DNA from: an uncultured Actinomycetes bacterium
GTDB lineage: Bacteria > Actinomycetota > Thermoleophilia > Gaiellales > JALYLC01
Assembly (NCBI GenBank): GCA_963743275.1
Contig: CAVUPB010000002.1
Coordinates: 168,863 to 232,862, forward strand
DNA: 64,000 bases
Direction of reading: 5' to 3'
The notes below the pieces were generated by a model. The model saw nothing but the letters and a program-made list of their open reading frames with translations. It searched no databases and was not told the origin of the DNA. Below are positions 9,261-19,206 of this stretch, in pieces. Every line of letters starts with the position of its first letter. Position 1 is the stretch's first letter. The position numbers were made by a program, and so were the translations under genes.

Positions 9261-10904
9261 TCAGTGCCCTCCCGAGCGCTCCGCCGCCGCGGCGTTCGCT
9301 TCCACTCGCTGGAGCGCCACCGCGTCGGCCTCCGAGCGCGCCCGCGAATTGCCCGTCACGACGGCGAGGAAGTCGTCGCGCTCGAGCGCATAGAGCCGGG
9401 CGTCGGTGATGGCCCGCACGGTCGCCGTTCGCGGCACGTCCTGGAGCAACGCGATCTCGCCGAAGAAGTCCCCGGGGCCGGCGTCGATGGTCTGGGAGCC
9501 CGCATCGATCGTGAGCCCGCCGCTGCCGACGACATAGAAGCGGTCGCCGGCGTCGCCGGCGTGAATCACGACGTCTCCGGCCGCGACGTCGACCTGGACG
9601 AGATGCGAGGCGATGCGCTCCTTGGCGACGAGTGAGAGCGGGGCGAAGACCGCGACGCGCTCGATCAGGTCGAGCTGCGATGCGGGCGCAACGTCCGAGT
9701 CGATCCCGAGCAGCCGCCGATGAGAGACGAGGACGAGCACGGGGAGGATCGCGCCGACCGCGACGAACGCCGGCCGTAGCCCGATCAGGCGGATGACCGC
9801 AGGCGCGACGAACGAGCCGATCGCCGTCGCACCCATCGCAAGACCCCAGGTCACGCCCAGCACGCGGGTCAGTACGTCGTCGGGGACGGTGCGCTGGAGG
9901 AGCGTGAACCCCGAGACGTCGACGACGCTGTTCGCGGCGCCGATCACCGCGAGGAGGCCGACCATGGCCGCGGCGTACGGGAGCGGCGCCATCAGCGCGA
10001 TCGGGATGCCCCAGAGGACGAGGGCCCACGCGAACGGCGGCGCGAGTCGATCGCCGCGCAGCGAGACCGCGGCGAGCGCGCCGACCAGGCCCCCTGCTCC
10101 GATCGCCGCCGTCAGGTATCCGACCTCCGTCGCGCCGTCGTGGAGCACCTGGTACGCCGCGACGACGATCAGCACGTTCAGGCACCCGCGGACGAACGTC
10201 TGCGAGGCGATCAGCCCCACGAGCAGGCGCGCGCGGGGGACGTCGCCGATTGCCCTGAACCCTTCCAGGAGGCCGACTCCCGACGCGTTCGCGGGAGCGT
10301 CGATGCGCCCCGGGACCGAGACGCGCGCGAGCAGGGCGGCCGACACAAGGAGCGCAGCCGCGCCGGCCGCGAAGACCGCTGCGACATCGGCGAAGGCGAC
10401 GAGCACTCCGGCAGCGAGCGGACCGAGGAGGGTGCCGAGGCTCTCGAGCGTCGAGGTCGCTCCGTTCGCGGCGATCAGCTCCCTCGCCGTGCGCGCCAGC
10501 GACGGCAGCAGCGCGATCAGGGCGGGCCGGAACAGCGTCGTGCAGACGCCTATCGCAGACGCGGCGGCGAAGACCATGATGCGATCGTCCATGAGGGCGC
10601 CCGCGGCCGAGAGCGCGAGCGCAGCCGTGCCCAGGAGCACGATCCCGAGGAGGAACCGCTCGCGCCGGAAGCGGTCGCCGAGCGACGTTGCGAACGGCGC
10701 GATCAGGGCCGCGGGGAGCAGTCGCATGAGGCCGGCGATTCCGACCGCCGTGGATCCGCCGTGGCCGTAGGCGAACACCCCCAGCGCCACGAAGTGCGCC
10801 CACTCGGCGCAGACCGAGGCGCCCCAGGCCAGTTCGGCGCGGCGGATGTCCGCGTTCTGAGCCGTGACGGCGAGGGCGCCGAACGCCTGGCGTGGCCGGG
10901 GCAC
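9261..10904 (-). CDS. MFS transporter with C-terminal cyclic-nucleotide-binding domain
   Basis: About 12 hydrophobic segments, then a cNMP-type beta-roll GDFFGEIALLQDVPRTATVRA. GTG start. Confidence 0.85.
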   Translation of the reverse strand: MPRPRQAFGALAVTAQNADIRRAELAWGASVCAEWAHFVALGVFAYGHGGSTAVGIAGLMRLLPAALIAPFATSLGDRFRRERFLLGIVLLGTAALALSAAGALMDDRIMVFAAASAIGVCTTLFRPALIALLPSLARTARELIAANGATSTLESLGTLLGPLAAGVLVAFADVAAVFAAGAAALLVSAALLARVSVPGRIDAPANASGVGLLEGFRAIGDVPRARLLVGLIASQTFVRGCLNVLIVVAAYQVLHDGATEVGYLTAAIGAGGLVGALAAVSLRGDRLAPPFAWALVLWGIPIALMAPLPYAAAMVGLLAVIGAANSVVDVSGFTLLQRTVPDDVLTRVLGVTWGLAMGATAIGSFVAPAVIRLIGLRPAFVAVGAILPVLVLVSHRRLLGIDSDVAPASQLDLIERVAVFAPLSLVAKERIASHLVQVDVAAGDVVIHAGDAGDRFYVVGSGGLTIDAGSQTIDAGPGDFFGEIALLQDVPRTATVRAITDARLYALERDDFLAVVTGNSRARSEADAVALQRVEANAAAAERSGGH

Positions 10905-10980
10905 GTAGGGGAGTCAACCCGACGACGGCATTCCGCGGGCCGGTAGCGAAGCCGCGCGAGGCCCGGCCCGGGGAGCTGCC

Positions 10981-12132
10981 GTGCATCCGTCGCGCTCGGG
11001 AATCGGGGAAACTACGCGGGTGACGACGTCCCGGAACGGTCGCGAGGGCCTCGGCCCGAGAGCCTGGGCGGACGAGGCCGTGCGTCGCATCGAAGCCGAC
11101 GCGAACCGGTCGGCCGATACGCATCTGCACGCGTTCCCCCTGCCCGGGGACTGGAACGTCGACCTGTACCTCAAGGACGAGTCCGTGCACCCGACGGGGT
11201 CGCTGAAGCACCGCCTCGCCCGCTCGCTCTTCCTGTACGGCCTGTGCAACGGCTGGATCGCCGAGGGGACGACGATCGTCGAGGCCTCGACCGGCTCGAC
11301 GGCCGTCTCCGAGGCGTACTTCGCGCGCTTCCTCGGCCTGCCGTTCGTGGCGGTGATGCCGGCATCCACGAGTCCCGAGAAGATCGCGCTGATCGAGGCC
11401 GAGGGAGGGTCGTGCCACCTGGTCGACGATGCGACGACGGTGTACGACGAGGCGCATCGGCTCGCTTCCGAGCGCGGCGGATACTTCCTCGACCAGTTCA
11501 CCTACGCGGAGCGCGCCACCGACTGGCGCGGCAACAACAACATCGCGGAGTCGATCTTCAGCCAGATGTCACTGGAGCGGCACCCCGTCCCCACGTGGAT
11601 CGTGGTGGGGGCCGGCACCGGCGGGACGAGTGCGACGATCGGCCGCTACGCCCGCTTCGGCCGGCATCCCACGCAGATGTGCATCGTCGACCCGGAGGAC
11701 TCGATCTTCTACTCGGCCTGGTCGGGCGATCCCTCGGCGTTCACCGGCCGGAAGTCCCGCATCGAGGGCATCGGGCGCCAGCGCGTCGAGCCGTCGTTCC
11801 TCCCGGACATCGTCGACCGGATGATCCAGGTGCCCGATGCCGCGTCGATCGCCACGATGCGGCTCGTGCGCGAGCGCACGGGCCGGAGCGTCGGCGGCTC
11901 CACCGGGACCAACGTCTGGGGCGCGCTCCAGCTGGTTGCCGAGATGCGCGCCCGCGACGAGCGTGGCAGCGTCGTGACCCTGATCTGCGACGGCGGCGAC
12001 CGCTACGCCGGCACCTACTACAGCGACGCGTGGGTTGCCGAGCAGGGTCTCGACCTCGCGCCCTACCGAGAGGCCGTGGAGGCGTTCCTCGAGGGTGGTG
12101 CGTTCCGCGTCTCCGGGCCTAGACCTCGGTGA
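10981..12132 (+). CDS. PLP-dependent cysteine synthase/CBS family protein
   Basis: [15 protein letters not shown] (PLP-lysine context) and [15 protein letters not shown]; Gly-rich loop [12 protein letters not shown]. Confidence 0.85.
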   Translation: MHPSRSGIGETTRVTTSRNGREGLGPRAWADEAVRRIEADANRSADTHLHAFPLPGDWNVDLYLKDESVHPTGSLKHRLARSLFLYGLCNGWIAEGTTIVEASTGSTAVSEAYFARFLGLPFVAVMPASTSPEKIALIEAEGGSCHLVDDATTVYDEAHRLASERGGYFLDQFTYAERATDWRGNNNIAESIFSQMSLERHPVPTWIVVGAGTGGTSATIGRYARFGRHPTQMCIVDPEDSIFYSAWSGDPSAFTGRKSRIEGIGRQRVEPSFLPDIVDRMIQVPDAASIATMRLVRERTGRSVGGSTGTNVWGALQLVAEMRARDERGSVVTLICDGGDRYAGTYYSDAWVAEQGLDLAPYREAVEAFLEGGAFRVSGPRPR

Positions 12133-12292
12133 TCACGTCCCGGATCGCGACGACGACCTCCGGGGGAACCTCGTCCATCCCGTGGGCTTCGCGCGCGTGC
12201 GAGTGGATCTCCTCGAAGAGCGCCGTCTCGTCCTCGTTGCGCGTCACCCAGTCGCACCCGGGCACGACATCGCCGCACTTGAACTGCTTCAT
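12119..12292 (-). CDS. DUF1059 small protein (57 aa), below the ORF-track length cutoff
   Basis: Hand translation: [65 protein letters not shown] upstream of the ATG. Its 3' end overlaps the convergent PLP gene by 14 nt. Confidence 0.75.
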   Translation of the reverse strand: MKQFKCGDVVPGCDWVTRNEDETALFEEIHSHAREAHGMDEVPPEVVVAIRDVITEV

Positions 12293-12313
12293 CTCAAGGC
12301 TCCTGACCGTCTG

Positions 12314-12323
12314 TTGGCGCCAA
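12314..12323. promoter_or_regulatory. Perfect 10-bp palindrome TTGGCGCCAA in the divergent DUF1059/amidotransferase intergenic region
   Basis: The sequence is self-complementary and lies between two divergent starts. Any function is inferred only. Confidence 0.3.
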
Positions 12324-12380
12324 TAGTAGAGCGCCCGGGGGCCGGCCGGCCGACGGGGCGCCGGGGCACGCGAGCGCGGG

Positions 12381-12386
12381 TACGAT
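12381..12386 (+). promoter_or_regulatory. Putative -10 hexamer TACGAT placed for a leaderless transcript of the amidotransferase gene
   Basis: TACGAT-cgcccg-ATG: six nt separate the hexamer from the start codon, and there is no RBS. Confidence 0.4.
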
Positions 12387-12392
12387 CGCCCG

Positions 12393-13313
12393 ATGTGCCG
12401 GATCCTGGCCTACCTCGGCGAGCCGCTCTCGCTGCAGCGTCTGCTCTTCGACACCGACAACAACCTCGTCCGGCAGTCGTACAGCCCGCGGATGATGAAT
12501 ACGTTCCTCAACCTCGCGGGCTTCGGCATGAAGGCGTGGGATCCGACGTCGTTGCGGCCCGAGGATCCGTTCACCTACCGCGCGACCACTCTGCCGTCGT
12601 TCGACCGCAACCTCCGCGCGATCTCGTCGAAGCTCGCGCCGACGTGCCTGGTCGCCCACGTCCGCGGGGTCACCTACTCCGGCGACGCGGTCGTCGCCGA
12701 GACGAACCTGCACCCCTTCCACTTCGCCGGCGCTCGCGTCGTCCTCGCGCACAACGGGCACCTGCGCCAGTTCTCGCGCATGCGCTACGCGCTGCTCGAG
12801 CACGTGCGGCCGGAGCTTGCCGCGTGCATCGAGGGCACGACCGACTCCGAATGGATCTACGCGCTGGTGCTCTCGCAGCTCGACGATCCCTGCGGGCTGC
12901 CGGAGACGCGCGAGCTGGCCGATGCCACCGCCGGCGCCCTCCGCATCCTGCGCAGCGTGCGCGCGGCGCACGGCATCGACACCTCTTCGCCGGTCAATCT
13001 CTGCGTGAGCACCGGCCGCTCCGTCGTCGCGACGCGCCTCTCGTTCGACTACGGCTGGTACCCGCCGGAGGACGAGATGCTCGAGACCGACCTCCCGTTC
13101 GTGAGCCTCTGGTATGCGATCGGCGGCGAGTACGCCGAGCGCGACGGCGACTGGCAGATGACGGCCGGCGATCCGCCGCGCTCGGTGCTCATCGCCTCCG
13201 AGCCGCTCACGGCCGACTTCTCGACCTGGTTCGAGGTTCCCGAATACTCGATGCTGACTGCCGAGCTGACGCCGGAAGGAGTCGACTTCGAGACGCGAGA
13301 CCTCGATGTCTGA
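12393..13313 (+). CDS. Class II (Ntn) glutamine amidotransferase, EgtC/YafJ-like
   Basis: N-terminal MCRILAY (Cys2 nucleophile), HVRGVT...NLHPF and AHNGHL motifs. Confidence 0.85.
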   Translation: MCRILAYLGEPLSLQRLLFDTDNNLVRQSYSPRMMNTFLNLAGFGMKAWDPTSLRPEDPFTYRATTLPSFDRNLRAISSKLAPTCLVAHVRGVTYSGDAVVAETNLHPFHFAGARVVLAHNGHLRQFSRMRYALLEHVRPELAACIEGTTDSEWIYALVLSQLDDPCGLPETRELADATAGALRILRSVRAAHGIDTSSPVNLCVSTGRSVVATRLSFDYGWYPPEDEMLETDLPFVSLWYAIGGEYAERDGDWQMTAGDPPRSVLIASEPLTADFSTWFEVPEYSMLTAELTPEGVDFETRDLDV

Positions 13314-14281
13314 CCGCGAGACCGCCGACTTCCTCGCCACGGTTCCCCTCCTCGCGGGGCGAGACGAAACGGACCTCGAGGCGCTCGCGCGGGTCGTGCG
13401 GCGGCGGGCGGTACCGGCGGGCGAGACCCTCTGGCACCAGGGGGAGCAGGCGCGGGAGCTGCTCTTCATCGTCGACGGCTCCGTCTCGGCGTCGCTGCGC
13501 CTGCCGGGGGATCGCACGGTGGAGGTCTGGACAGCGGGTCGGGGCGAGGCCGTCGGAGAGATCGCGCTGCTCGACGGCAAGGGCCACACGATGAGCGTGC
13601 GCGCGAACGAGACCGCGACGGTGCTCGCGCTCGGCCGGCTGGAGTTCGCGGCGCTGCTCGCGCGCCAGGATCCATCGGCGTTCAGGCTGAAGCGCGGCCT
13701 GGCCGCGCTCTTCACCTCGCGCATGCGCGCCCAGTTCGGGAACCTCGCCGTCTCGCTCGGCGGCGAGCCGGCCGGCCCGCGGGCCGAGGATGCGGCTCGG
13801 ACGCTCGCCGAGCTGCGGTACTGCGGTCCGCCCGACAGCAAGTACGTGCGTCGCATGGCGACCTTCCACGACTTCGATGCGCTCGCCCTCTGGGGCTTCC
13901 TGACGTCGGGGCGGTATGCCGAGTGCCCTGCGGGGCGCGCGCTGCTCGCCGAGGGCGCGCCGTCGGCGGCCTGCTATCTCACGATCAACGGCGCGGTCGA
14001 GAAGGTGCTGCTGCGCGGCGACCGGCGTATCCGCGTCGGACTGGCGGGACCGGGGAGGACGTTCGGCTACGAGGGCCTCATCGACGGCAGCGCCATCTCC
14101 CGTGACCGCGATCACGCGCGAGCGCGCGCTCCTGCTCGTGTTGCCGCCCGGCCCGTTCGAGCAGCTCTTCAACGGCGAAGACGCCGTCTCGCGCGTCTTC
14201 CTCGACGTGATCCAGCGGGAGCTGGTGACCACGTTGCGCCAGGCGCTGCGCCAGCATGCTCGCCTCGCTGCGAGCCTTTAG
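13306..14281 (+). pseudogene. Protein with two cyclic-nucleotide-binding domains and no evident output domain; apparent 1-nt frameshift near 14088-14100
   Basis: Domain 1 has GEAVGEIALLDGKGHTMSVRA. Domain 2 begins RTFGYEGLIDGS in frame 1 and continues PSPVTAITRERALLLVLPPGPFEQLF in the next frame (ORF 13916-14281). The total length is not a multiple of 3. Confidence 0.75.
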
Positions 14282-14311
14282 CGCACACGACGGTCGCCTC
14301 GAGGTCGCGGG

Positions 14312-15010
14312 GTGCGCTCAAACCACCCTCAGCTGATGGATACGGAGCGGCCCGAGCGGCGCCGATGCCTGTTGGACGGTGAGGGACGACTCTGCATTCC
14401 GAATGACGCAGGCCGCGTGACGCTCGCCGAGGAGCCTGCGGGCGACAGCAGGCGGTCGGCGGCTCTCGATGGTTGGGTCGCGGCATTCGATCGCGAGGTG
14501 GAGCAGAGCGGCGATTTCGCCGCGAGCATCGCAGCGATGACGGCCCACGGCTGCTTCGACGTACGCGCGGTCGTCGAGCGCTGGATCCGCGCGAACCCGA
14601 GCGGCGAGGCGACCGTCGTGCCGTTGCGGCCGGCGCTCCAGGAGCCCGAGCCGCCGCAGCCCGTACCCGAGGAAGCCCCGGTACCCGAAGAAGCCGCCGC
14701 ACCACCGGAGCCGGCAGCGGACGCGGAACGGACGTCGCCGAGGCCGGAGGCCGCGTCGTCCCCGGACGTCGCGTATTTCCACGGGTTGCTGCAAGGCGGG
14801 ATCGAGCGCGCGCAGATCGACGAGGCCTTCCCGGACTTCCGGCTCGTGATCGACGAGGCGGTCCGCCAGTACGAGGCGGCGGCGCCGATCCTCAGCGTCG
14901 TCCCCCCGGGTCCGTCGCGCGAGGATCTCAACGACGAGATCCGTGGCATGCGGCAGGAGCTCCAGGCATCCGGGACACGCGGCCGGTGGCGCCGGCGCGC
15001 GCGCGACTGA
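14312..15010 (+). CDS. Hypothetical protein with a Pro/Glu-rich central linker
   Basis: GC3-biased ORF with no recognisable domain. Start is ambiguous (GTG 14312 or ATG 14336). Confidence 0.45.
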   Translation: MRSNHPQLMDTERPERRRCLLDGEGRLCIPNDAGRVTLAEEPAGDSRRSAALDGWVAAFDREVEQSGDFAASIAAMTAHGCFDVRAVVERWIRANPSGEATVVPLRPALQEPEPPQPVPEEAPVPEEAAAPPEPAADAERTSPRPEAASSPDVAYFHGLLQGGIERAQIDEAFPDFRLVIDEAVRQYEAAAPILSVVPPGPSREDLNDEIRGMRQELQASGTRGRWRRRARD

Positions 15011-15044
15011 CGGGGAGGAGCCCCGGAGCCGATCCGGACGACGG

Positions 15045-15917
15045 TCAACGGTCGGCGCGCGGCCTCGCGACCGTCACGCCGAAGAGCACGAGCGCGATTC
15101 CGGCGATCTGGATCGCGATCAACCGCTCGTCCAGGAACGCGACGCCCCAGACGGCCGCGAGGGCGGGCTGGAGCAGGAGCAGGACCGAGACCGCGACGGC
15201 GCTGAACGACGACAGGCTGCGGGCGATCAGGAGCCACCCGCAGGCCTGGACGGCGACGCCGAGCAGCGCGAGCCACGCGTGCTGGCCGAGCCTGAGGTGC
15301 CACGACTCGCCGAGGGCCAGGGCGCACGCCGCAGACACCGGCACCGCGACAGCGGTGCTCCAGAGCACGGGCGAGATGCCGTCGCGGGCAGCGCCGACGG
15401 CGCGCTCGAAGACCAGGATGTAGGCGCCGTAGATCGCCGCCGCGAGGATCGCGAGCGCGATCCCGGCGAGCTCCAGGCGGTGCTCGCCGGTGCCGCGGAG
15501 CAGCGCGAGGCCGCCGAGCACGACGACGGCGCCCGCGACCGGCCGGAGTCCGACCGGCCGGCGCAGGACGACGACCGTCAGGGCCATCACCCACAGCGAC
15601 GCGGTGTTCACGATCACCGTCGACGGCCCGGCGCCGATGCGCCCGGTCGCCTCGTTCCAGATCACGACCTCGAGGCCGACGAGCACGCCGGCCGAGGCGG
15701 CCGGGGCGAATCCGGGGCCGGGGCGGAGCGCGCCTGCCCGCCACGCGAGCAGCGCGAGGAACAGCGTCGCGTAGGCGAAGCGGAGCGCCGAGCCCACGGC
15801 GGGCGGCGCGCCGGAGAGCTTGTAGAGCGTGGCCGAGAACGAGAACGCGGCGATCCCCGCGGCGGCCGCGGGCCAGGCCAGGCCCGGCGACCGGGGAGAT
15901 GCGTGGTCCGCGTCCAT
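15045..15917 (-). CDS. DMT superfamily (EamA-like) transporter
   Basis: About ten hydrophobic helices with two-repeat EamA-like organisation. Confidence 0.8.
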   Translation of the reverse strand: MDADHASPRSPGLAWPAAAAGIAAFSFSATLYKLSGAPPAVGSALRFAYATLFLALLAWRAGALRPGPGFAPAASAGVLVGLEVVIWNEATGRIGAGPSTVIVNTASLWVMALTVVVLRRPVGLRPVAGAVVVLGGLALLRGTGEHRLELAGIALAILAAAIYGAYILVFERAVGAARDGISPVLWSTAVAVPVSAACALALGESWHLRLGQHAWLALLGVAVQACGWLLIARSLSSFSAVAVSVLLLLQPALAAVWGVAFLDERLIAIQIAGIALVLFGVTVARPRADR

Positions 15918-16015
15918 CGCGACAGTCTCGCCGAGGGCACGGCCATGCGATCGAGCGCCGGCGCTCGGGGGAGCGGCGTTGCGTACCCGAGGCGGATCCG
16001 GCGATAGTCTGAGCC

Positions 16016-16948
16016 ATGGTCGAGATGCCGTCCGGCGGAGTCGTGTGGATCGATCTCGTCGATCCCGACCAGGCTGCGATCGAGCTTGCGCTCGGCCGTA
16101 CGCTGCATGCGCGAGCGCTCGATCAGCTGGTCGCGCCGCACCGGCACCGGGACGATCCGCGACCGGCGCTCGAGGGGCACGACGACTACGTGTTCGGCGT
16201 CTTCCTCGTCCCCGAGCTGCTCGACGACGCGACGGTCCTGTATCGCGAGGTCGACATCGTCGCGGCCCAGGACATCGTCCTGACGGTGCGCAAGAGCGCG
16301 GACGCGCACGGGCCGTTCGACTGCGCGGCCGCCCTCGAGTTGCACCGGGAAGGGCGCGTGCCGTCGCCCGGAATGGTCGTCTACCACCTCGTCGACGACG
16401 TGGCCGAGGGCTATCTCGATCTGACGGACCGGCTGAACGAGCGCATCGACGCGCTCGAGGACCACGTCGACGATTGGGAGGGCGCTCGGGTCCGCGACGA
16501 GCTCTCGGCGCTCCGCCACGACATCCTGCACGTACGCCGTACGCTCTCCCCGACGCGCGACGCGGTGCGCCGCGTCTTCGACGATCGCGTGGACGCGCGC
16601 GTGGGCGACGTCGAGCTGTTCGATCGCAGCACGGAGCTGCATTTCGCCGATGCCTACGAGAAGCTCATGCGCGCGAGCGAGGCGCTCGATCTCAGCCGCG
16701 ACCTCGTCGCGGGCGTGCGCGACTACTACCAGGCCAAGGTCGCCAACGACCAGAACGAGGTCATGAAGCGCCTCACCATCGTCGCGTCGCTGCTGTTGCC
16801 GGCGTCGCTGATCGTGGGCTTCTACGGCATGAACGTCCACGGCGTCCCCGAGTACCACTGGTCGTTCGGCTACGAGTACGTCGTTGCGCTGATCGTGCTG
16901 CTGACCGCCGCACAACTCGTCTGGTTCAAGCGAAAGCGCTGGATCTGA
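16016..16948 (+). CDS. corA: CorA family magnesium/cobalt transporter
   Basis: C-terminal FYGMNV (GMN motif) followed by a second TM helix and a KRKRWI tail. Confidence 0.9.
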   Translation: MVEMPSGGVVWIDLVDPDQAAIELALGRTLHARALDQLVAPHRHRDDPRPALEGHDDYVFGVFLVPELLDDATVLYREVDIVAAQDIVLTVRKSADAHGPFDCAAALELHREGRVPSPGMVVYHLVDDVAEGYLDLTDRLNERIDALEDHVDDWEGARVRDELSALRHDILHVRRTLSPTRDAVRRVFDDRVDARVGDVELFDRSTELHFADAYEKLMRASEALDLSRDLVAGVRDYYQAKVANDQNEVMKRLTIVASLLLPASLIVGFYGMNVHGVPEYHWSFGYEYVVALIVLLTAAQLVWFKRKRWI

Positions 16949-16974
16949 GCGCGCGGACACGGCGAAGCGGGGCG

Positions 16975-17673
16975 GTGCGGAAGCCGCCGGTGAGGTGCGC
17001 CGGCCTCCTCGTTCTCGCGCTGCTCTTCGCCCTTCCCGCCGTCGCCTGCGCGCGCGTGGTGCCGCTGGGCCGCTCCTGGCAGGGACGGCCGATCACGGCG
17101 ATCGAGGTCGGAAACCGCTCGGGGACGCGGGTGCTGGTGGTCGGTGCCGTGCACGGAACGGAGACGGGCGGGATCCCCATCGCACACGCACTGGAGCGGC
17201 TGTCCCCCCGCGACCTCGACCTCTGGATCGTGCCGGACATGAACCCCGACGGCGTCGCCGCCGGCACGCGCCAGAATGCGCACGGCGTCGACCTGAACCG
17301 CAACTTCCCGTGGCGCTGGCGGCCGCTGCACGGCGTCTACGAGTCGGGGGACCGCCCGTTGTCGGAGCGCGAGGCGCGCATCGCGCGCGCGCTCATCCTG
17401 CGCCTGCATCCGCATGTCACGATCTGGTTCCACCAGCACCTCGACATGGTCTGGGCCTCCGGCGGGCGGCGGCGGATCGAGCGGGTGTTCGCGCGCATCT
17501 CCGGCCTGCCCTACCACGCCATGCCACAGCTGGCGGGCAGCGCCATCGCGTGGCAGAACACCACCCTGCGCGGCACGACCGCGTTCGCAGCCGAGCTCCC
17601 GGCAGGGCAGCCGGACGCGTCAGCCGTCGCGCGCTACGTGCAGGCCGTGCTCGCCGCGGCGCGCACGAACTAA
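16975..17673 (+). CDS. Secreted M14 family zinc carboxypeptidase-like protein
   Basis: Signal-like LLVLALLFALPAVACA, HGTETGG (HxxE), DLNRNF and a later WFHQH. GTG start at 16975 or 16990. Confidence 0.75.
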   Translation: MRKPPVRCAGLLVLALLFALPAVACARVVPLGRSWQGRPITAIEVGNRSGTRVLVVGAVHGTETGGIPIAHALERLSPRDLDLWIVPDMNPDGVAAGTRQNAHGVDLNRNFPWRWRPLHGVYESGDRPLSEREARIARALILRLHPHVTIWFHQHLDMVWASGGRRRIERVFARISGLPYHAMPQLAGSAIAWQNTTLRGTTAFAAELPAGQPDASAVARYVQAVLAAARTN

Positions 17674-17699
17674 GGGCCCGAGACGGGCTCTAAGGTCGT

Positions 17700-19166
17700 T
17701 CAGGCGAAGTACACCGTCTTCAGCTCGAAGTACGGGTCGAGGCCTTCGATGCCGCCTTCGCGGCCGACTCCGGACTGCTTGAAGCCGCCGAACGGCATCT
17801 TGAAGTCGACGATCATGCCGTTCACGGTCACGCTTCCCGAGCGCACGCGGCGCGCGACCTCGTAGCCGCGCTCCGGGTCCGCGCTGTAGACGGCGCCGTG
17901 CAGGCCGTAGATGGTGTCGTTCGCCTTGGCGACCGCGTCGTCGACGTCGTCGTAGGTGATGAACGAGACCACGGGCCCGAAGATCTCCTCCTGCGCGATC
18001 ACCATGCTCGACTCGACGTCGTCGAACACCGTCGGCTCGACGAAGTACCCGCGCGGCAGATCGTCGGGACGCCCTCCGCCGGTCACGAGCGTGGCGCCCT
18101 CCGCGAGGCCCTTCCCGATGTACCCCTGCACCCGCGCGAGCTGGCGCGCCATCGTGAGCGGCCCCATCTGCGTCGCGGGGTCGAACGGGTCGCCCACCCG
18201 GATGCTCCGGACCGCCTCGACGTACGCCTCGAGCAGCTCCGCCTTGCGCCGTTTCGGGACGAGCACGCGCGTCAGCGAGAAGCAGACCTGACCCGTGATC
18301 GGCATGGAGAACGGGACGAGGCTCGCGAGCACGTCGCCGACCGCGGCGTCGTCGAGCACGAGCGCTGCGGACTTCCCGCCGAGCTCCAGGCTCACGCGCG
18401 TGAGGCGCTCGGCCGCCGCCGCGGCGATCTTGCGGCCTGCGAGCGTGCTCCCGGTGAAGGCGATCTTGTCGATCCCCCGGTGGCGGATCAGGTAGTCGCC
18501 CACCTCGCGCCCGGCCGGGATCACGTTGAAGACCCCCGGCGGGAGCCCTGCGCTCTCGATGCACTCGGCCAGGATGTAGGCGTCCATCGGCGTCTCCGGA
18601 GCCGGCTTCGAGACGACCGTGCAGCCTGCGGCGAGTGCGGCCGCGACCTTGTAGCAGAGCAGGACGAGAGGCGCGTTCCACGGCGTGATCGCCGCCACGA
18701 CGCCGACCGGCTCCTTCACGACGCGCACGAGCCCGCCGTCGTCTCTGCGGCGCTCGTCGACGAGCGGGTAGTCCTCGATGAGGCTTGCGTAGTACCCGAA
18801 CAGTCCTGCGCCCTGGCCCGAGGCGTAGTTCGTGAACGAGATCGGCGCTCCGACCTGCGTCGTCCAGGCCTCGGCGAGCTCGCCATGCCGAGCGGTCAGC
18901 GCGTCCGCGACCTTGCGGAGATACCCGGCGCGCTCGGCCGGCGACAGCTTCGGCCAGGGACCGCTGTCGAATGCCTCCCGCGCCGCGGCGACGGCGCCGT
19001 CGACGTCGGCCTCCTTGGCCTCGGCGAACGTCATCACCACCTCCTCGGTCACCGGCGAGATGACCGGCAGCGTGTCGCCGGAGCTCGCTGCGACCCAGCG
19101 GCCACCGACGAAGAACGAGTGGGGCTGCCGGATCGACAGGCTGGATTGCTCGTGTGTGCTGCTCAT
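17700..19166 (-). CDS. NAD(P)-dependent aldehyde dehydrogenase
   Basis: ITPWNAPL, FTGSTLAGRKI, ELGGKSA and EEIFGPV motifs. Internal ATG start with a GGAGG RBS. Confidence 0.9.
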   Translation of the reverse strand: MSSTHEQSSLSIRQPHSFFVGGRWVAASSGDTLPVISPVTEEVVMTFAEAKEADVDGAVAAAREAFDSGPWPKLSPAERAGYLRKVADALTARHGELAEAWTTQVGAPISFTNYASGQGAGLFGYYASLIEDYPLVDERRRDDGGLVRVVKEPVGVVAAITPWNAPLVLLCYKVAAALAAGCTVVSKPAPETPMDAYILAECIESAGLPPGVFNVIPAGREVGDYLIRHRGIDKIAFTGSTLAGRKIAAAAAERLTRVSLELGGKSAALVLDDAAVGDVLASLVPFSMPITGQVCFSLTRVLVPKRRKAELLEAYVEAVRSIRVGDPFDPATQMGPLTMARQLARVQGYIGKGLAEGATLVTGGGRPDDLPRGYFVEPTVFDDVESSMVIAQEEIFGPVVSFITYDDVDDAVAKANDTIYGLHGAVYSADPERGYEVARRVRSGSVTVNGMIVDFKMPFGGFKQSGVGREGGIEGLDPYFELKTVYFA

Positions 19167-19206
19167 CGGTTGCCTCCGCTGGGTGCTTGGCTGGGCGCGT
19201 CCCGGC

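Noticed and set aside
7666-11457. 1263-aa minus-strand ORF, the longest in the track
   Set aside because: Its translation is Arg/Pro/Gly/Ala-rich low-complexity sequence. It runs antisense to, or off-frame with, well-supported genes (the ligase-ACP-acyltransferase, the MFS-cNMP fusion and the PLP enzyme). This is a typical stop-codon-poor artefact of very high GC.
15829-16974. Upstream 380 aa of track ORF 15829-17673
   Set aside because: It is off-frame overlap with the CorA gene. Only the last roughly 232 aa (signal peptide plus M14 motifs) look like a real protein.
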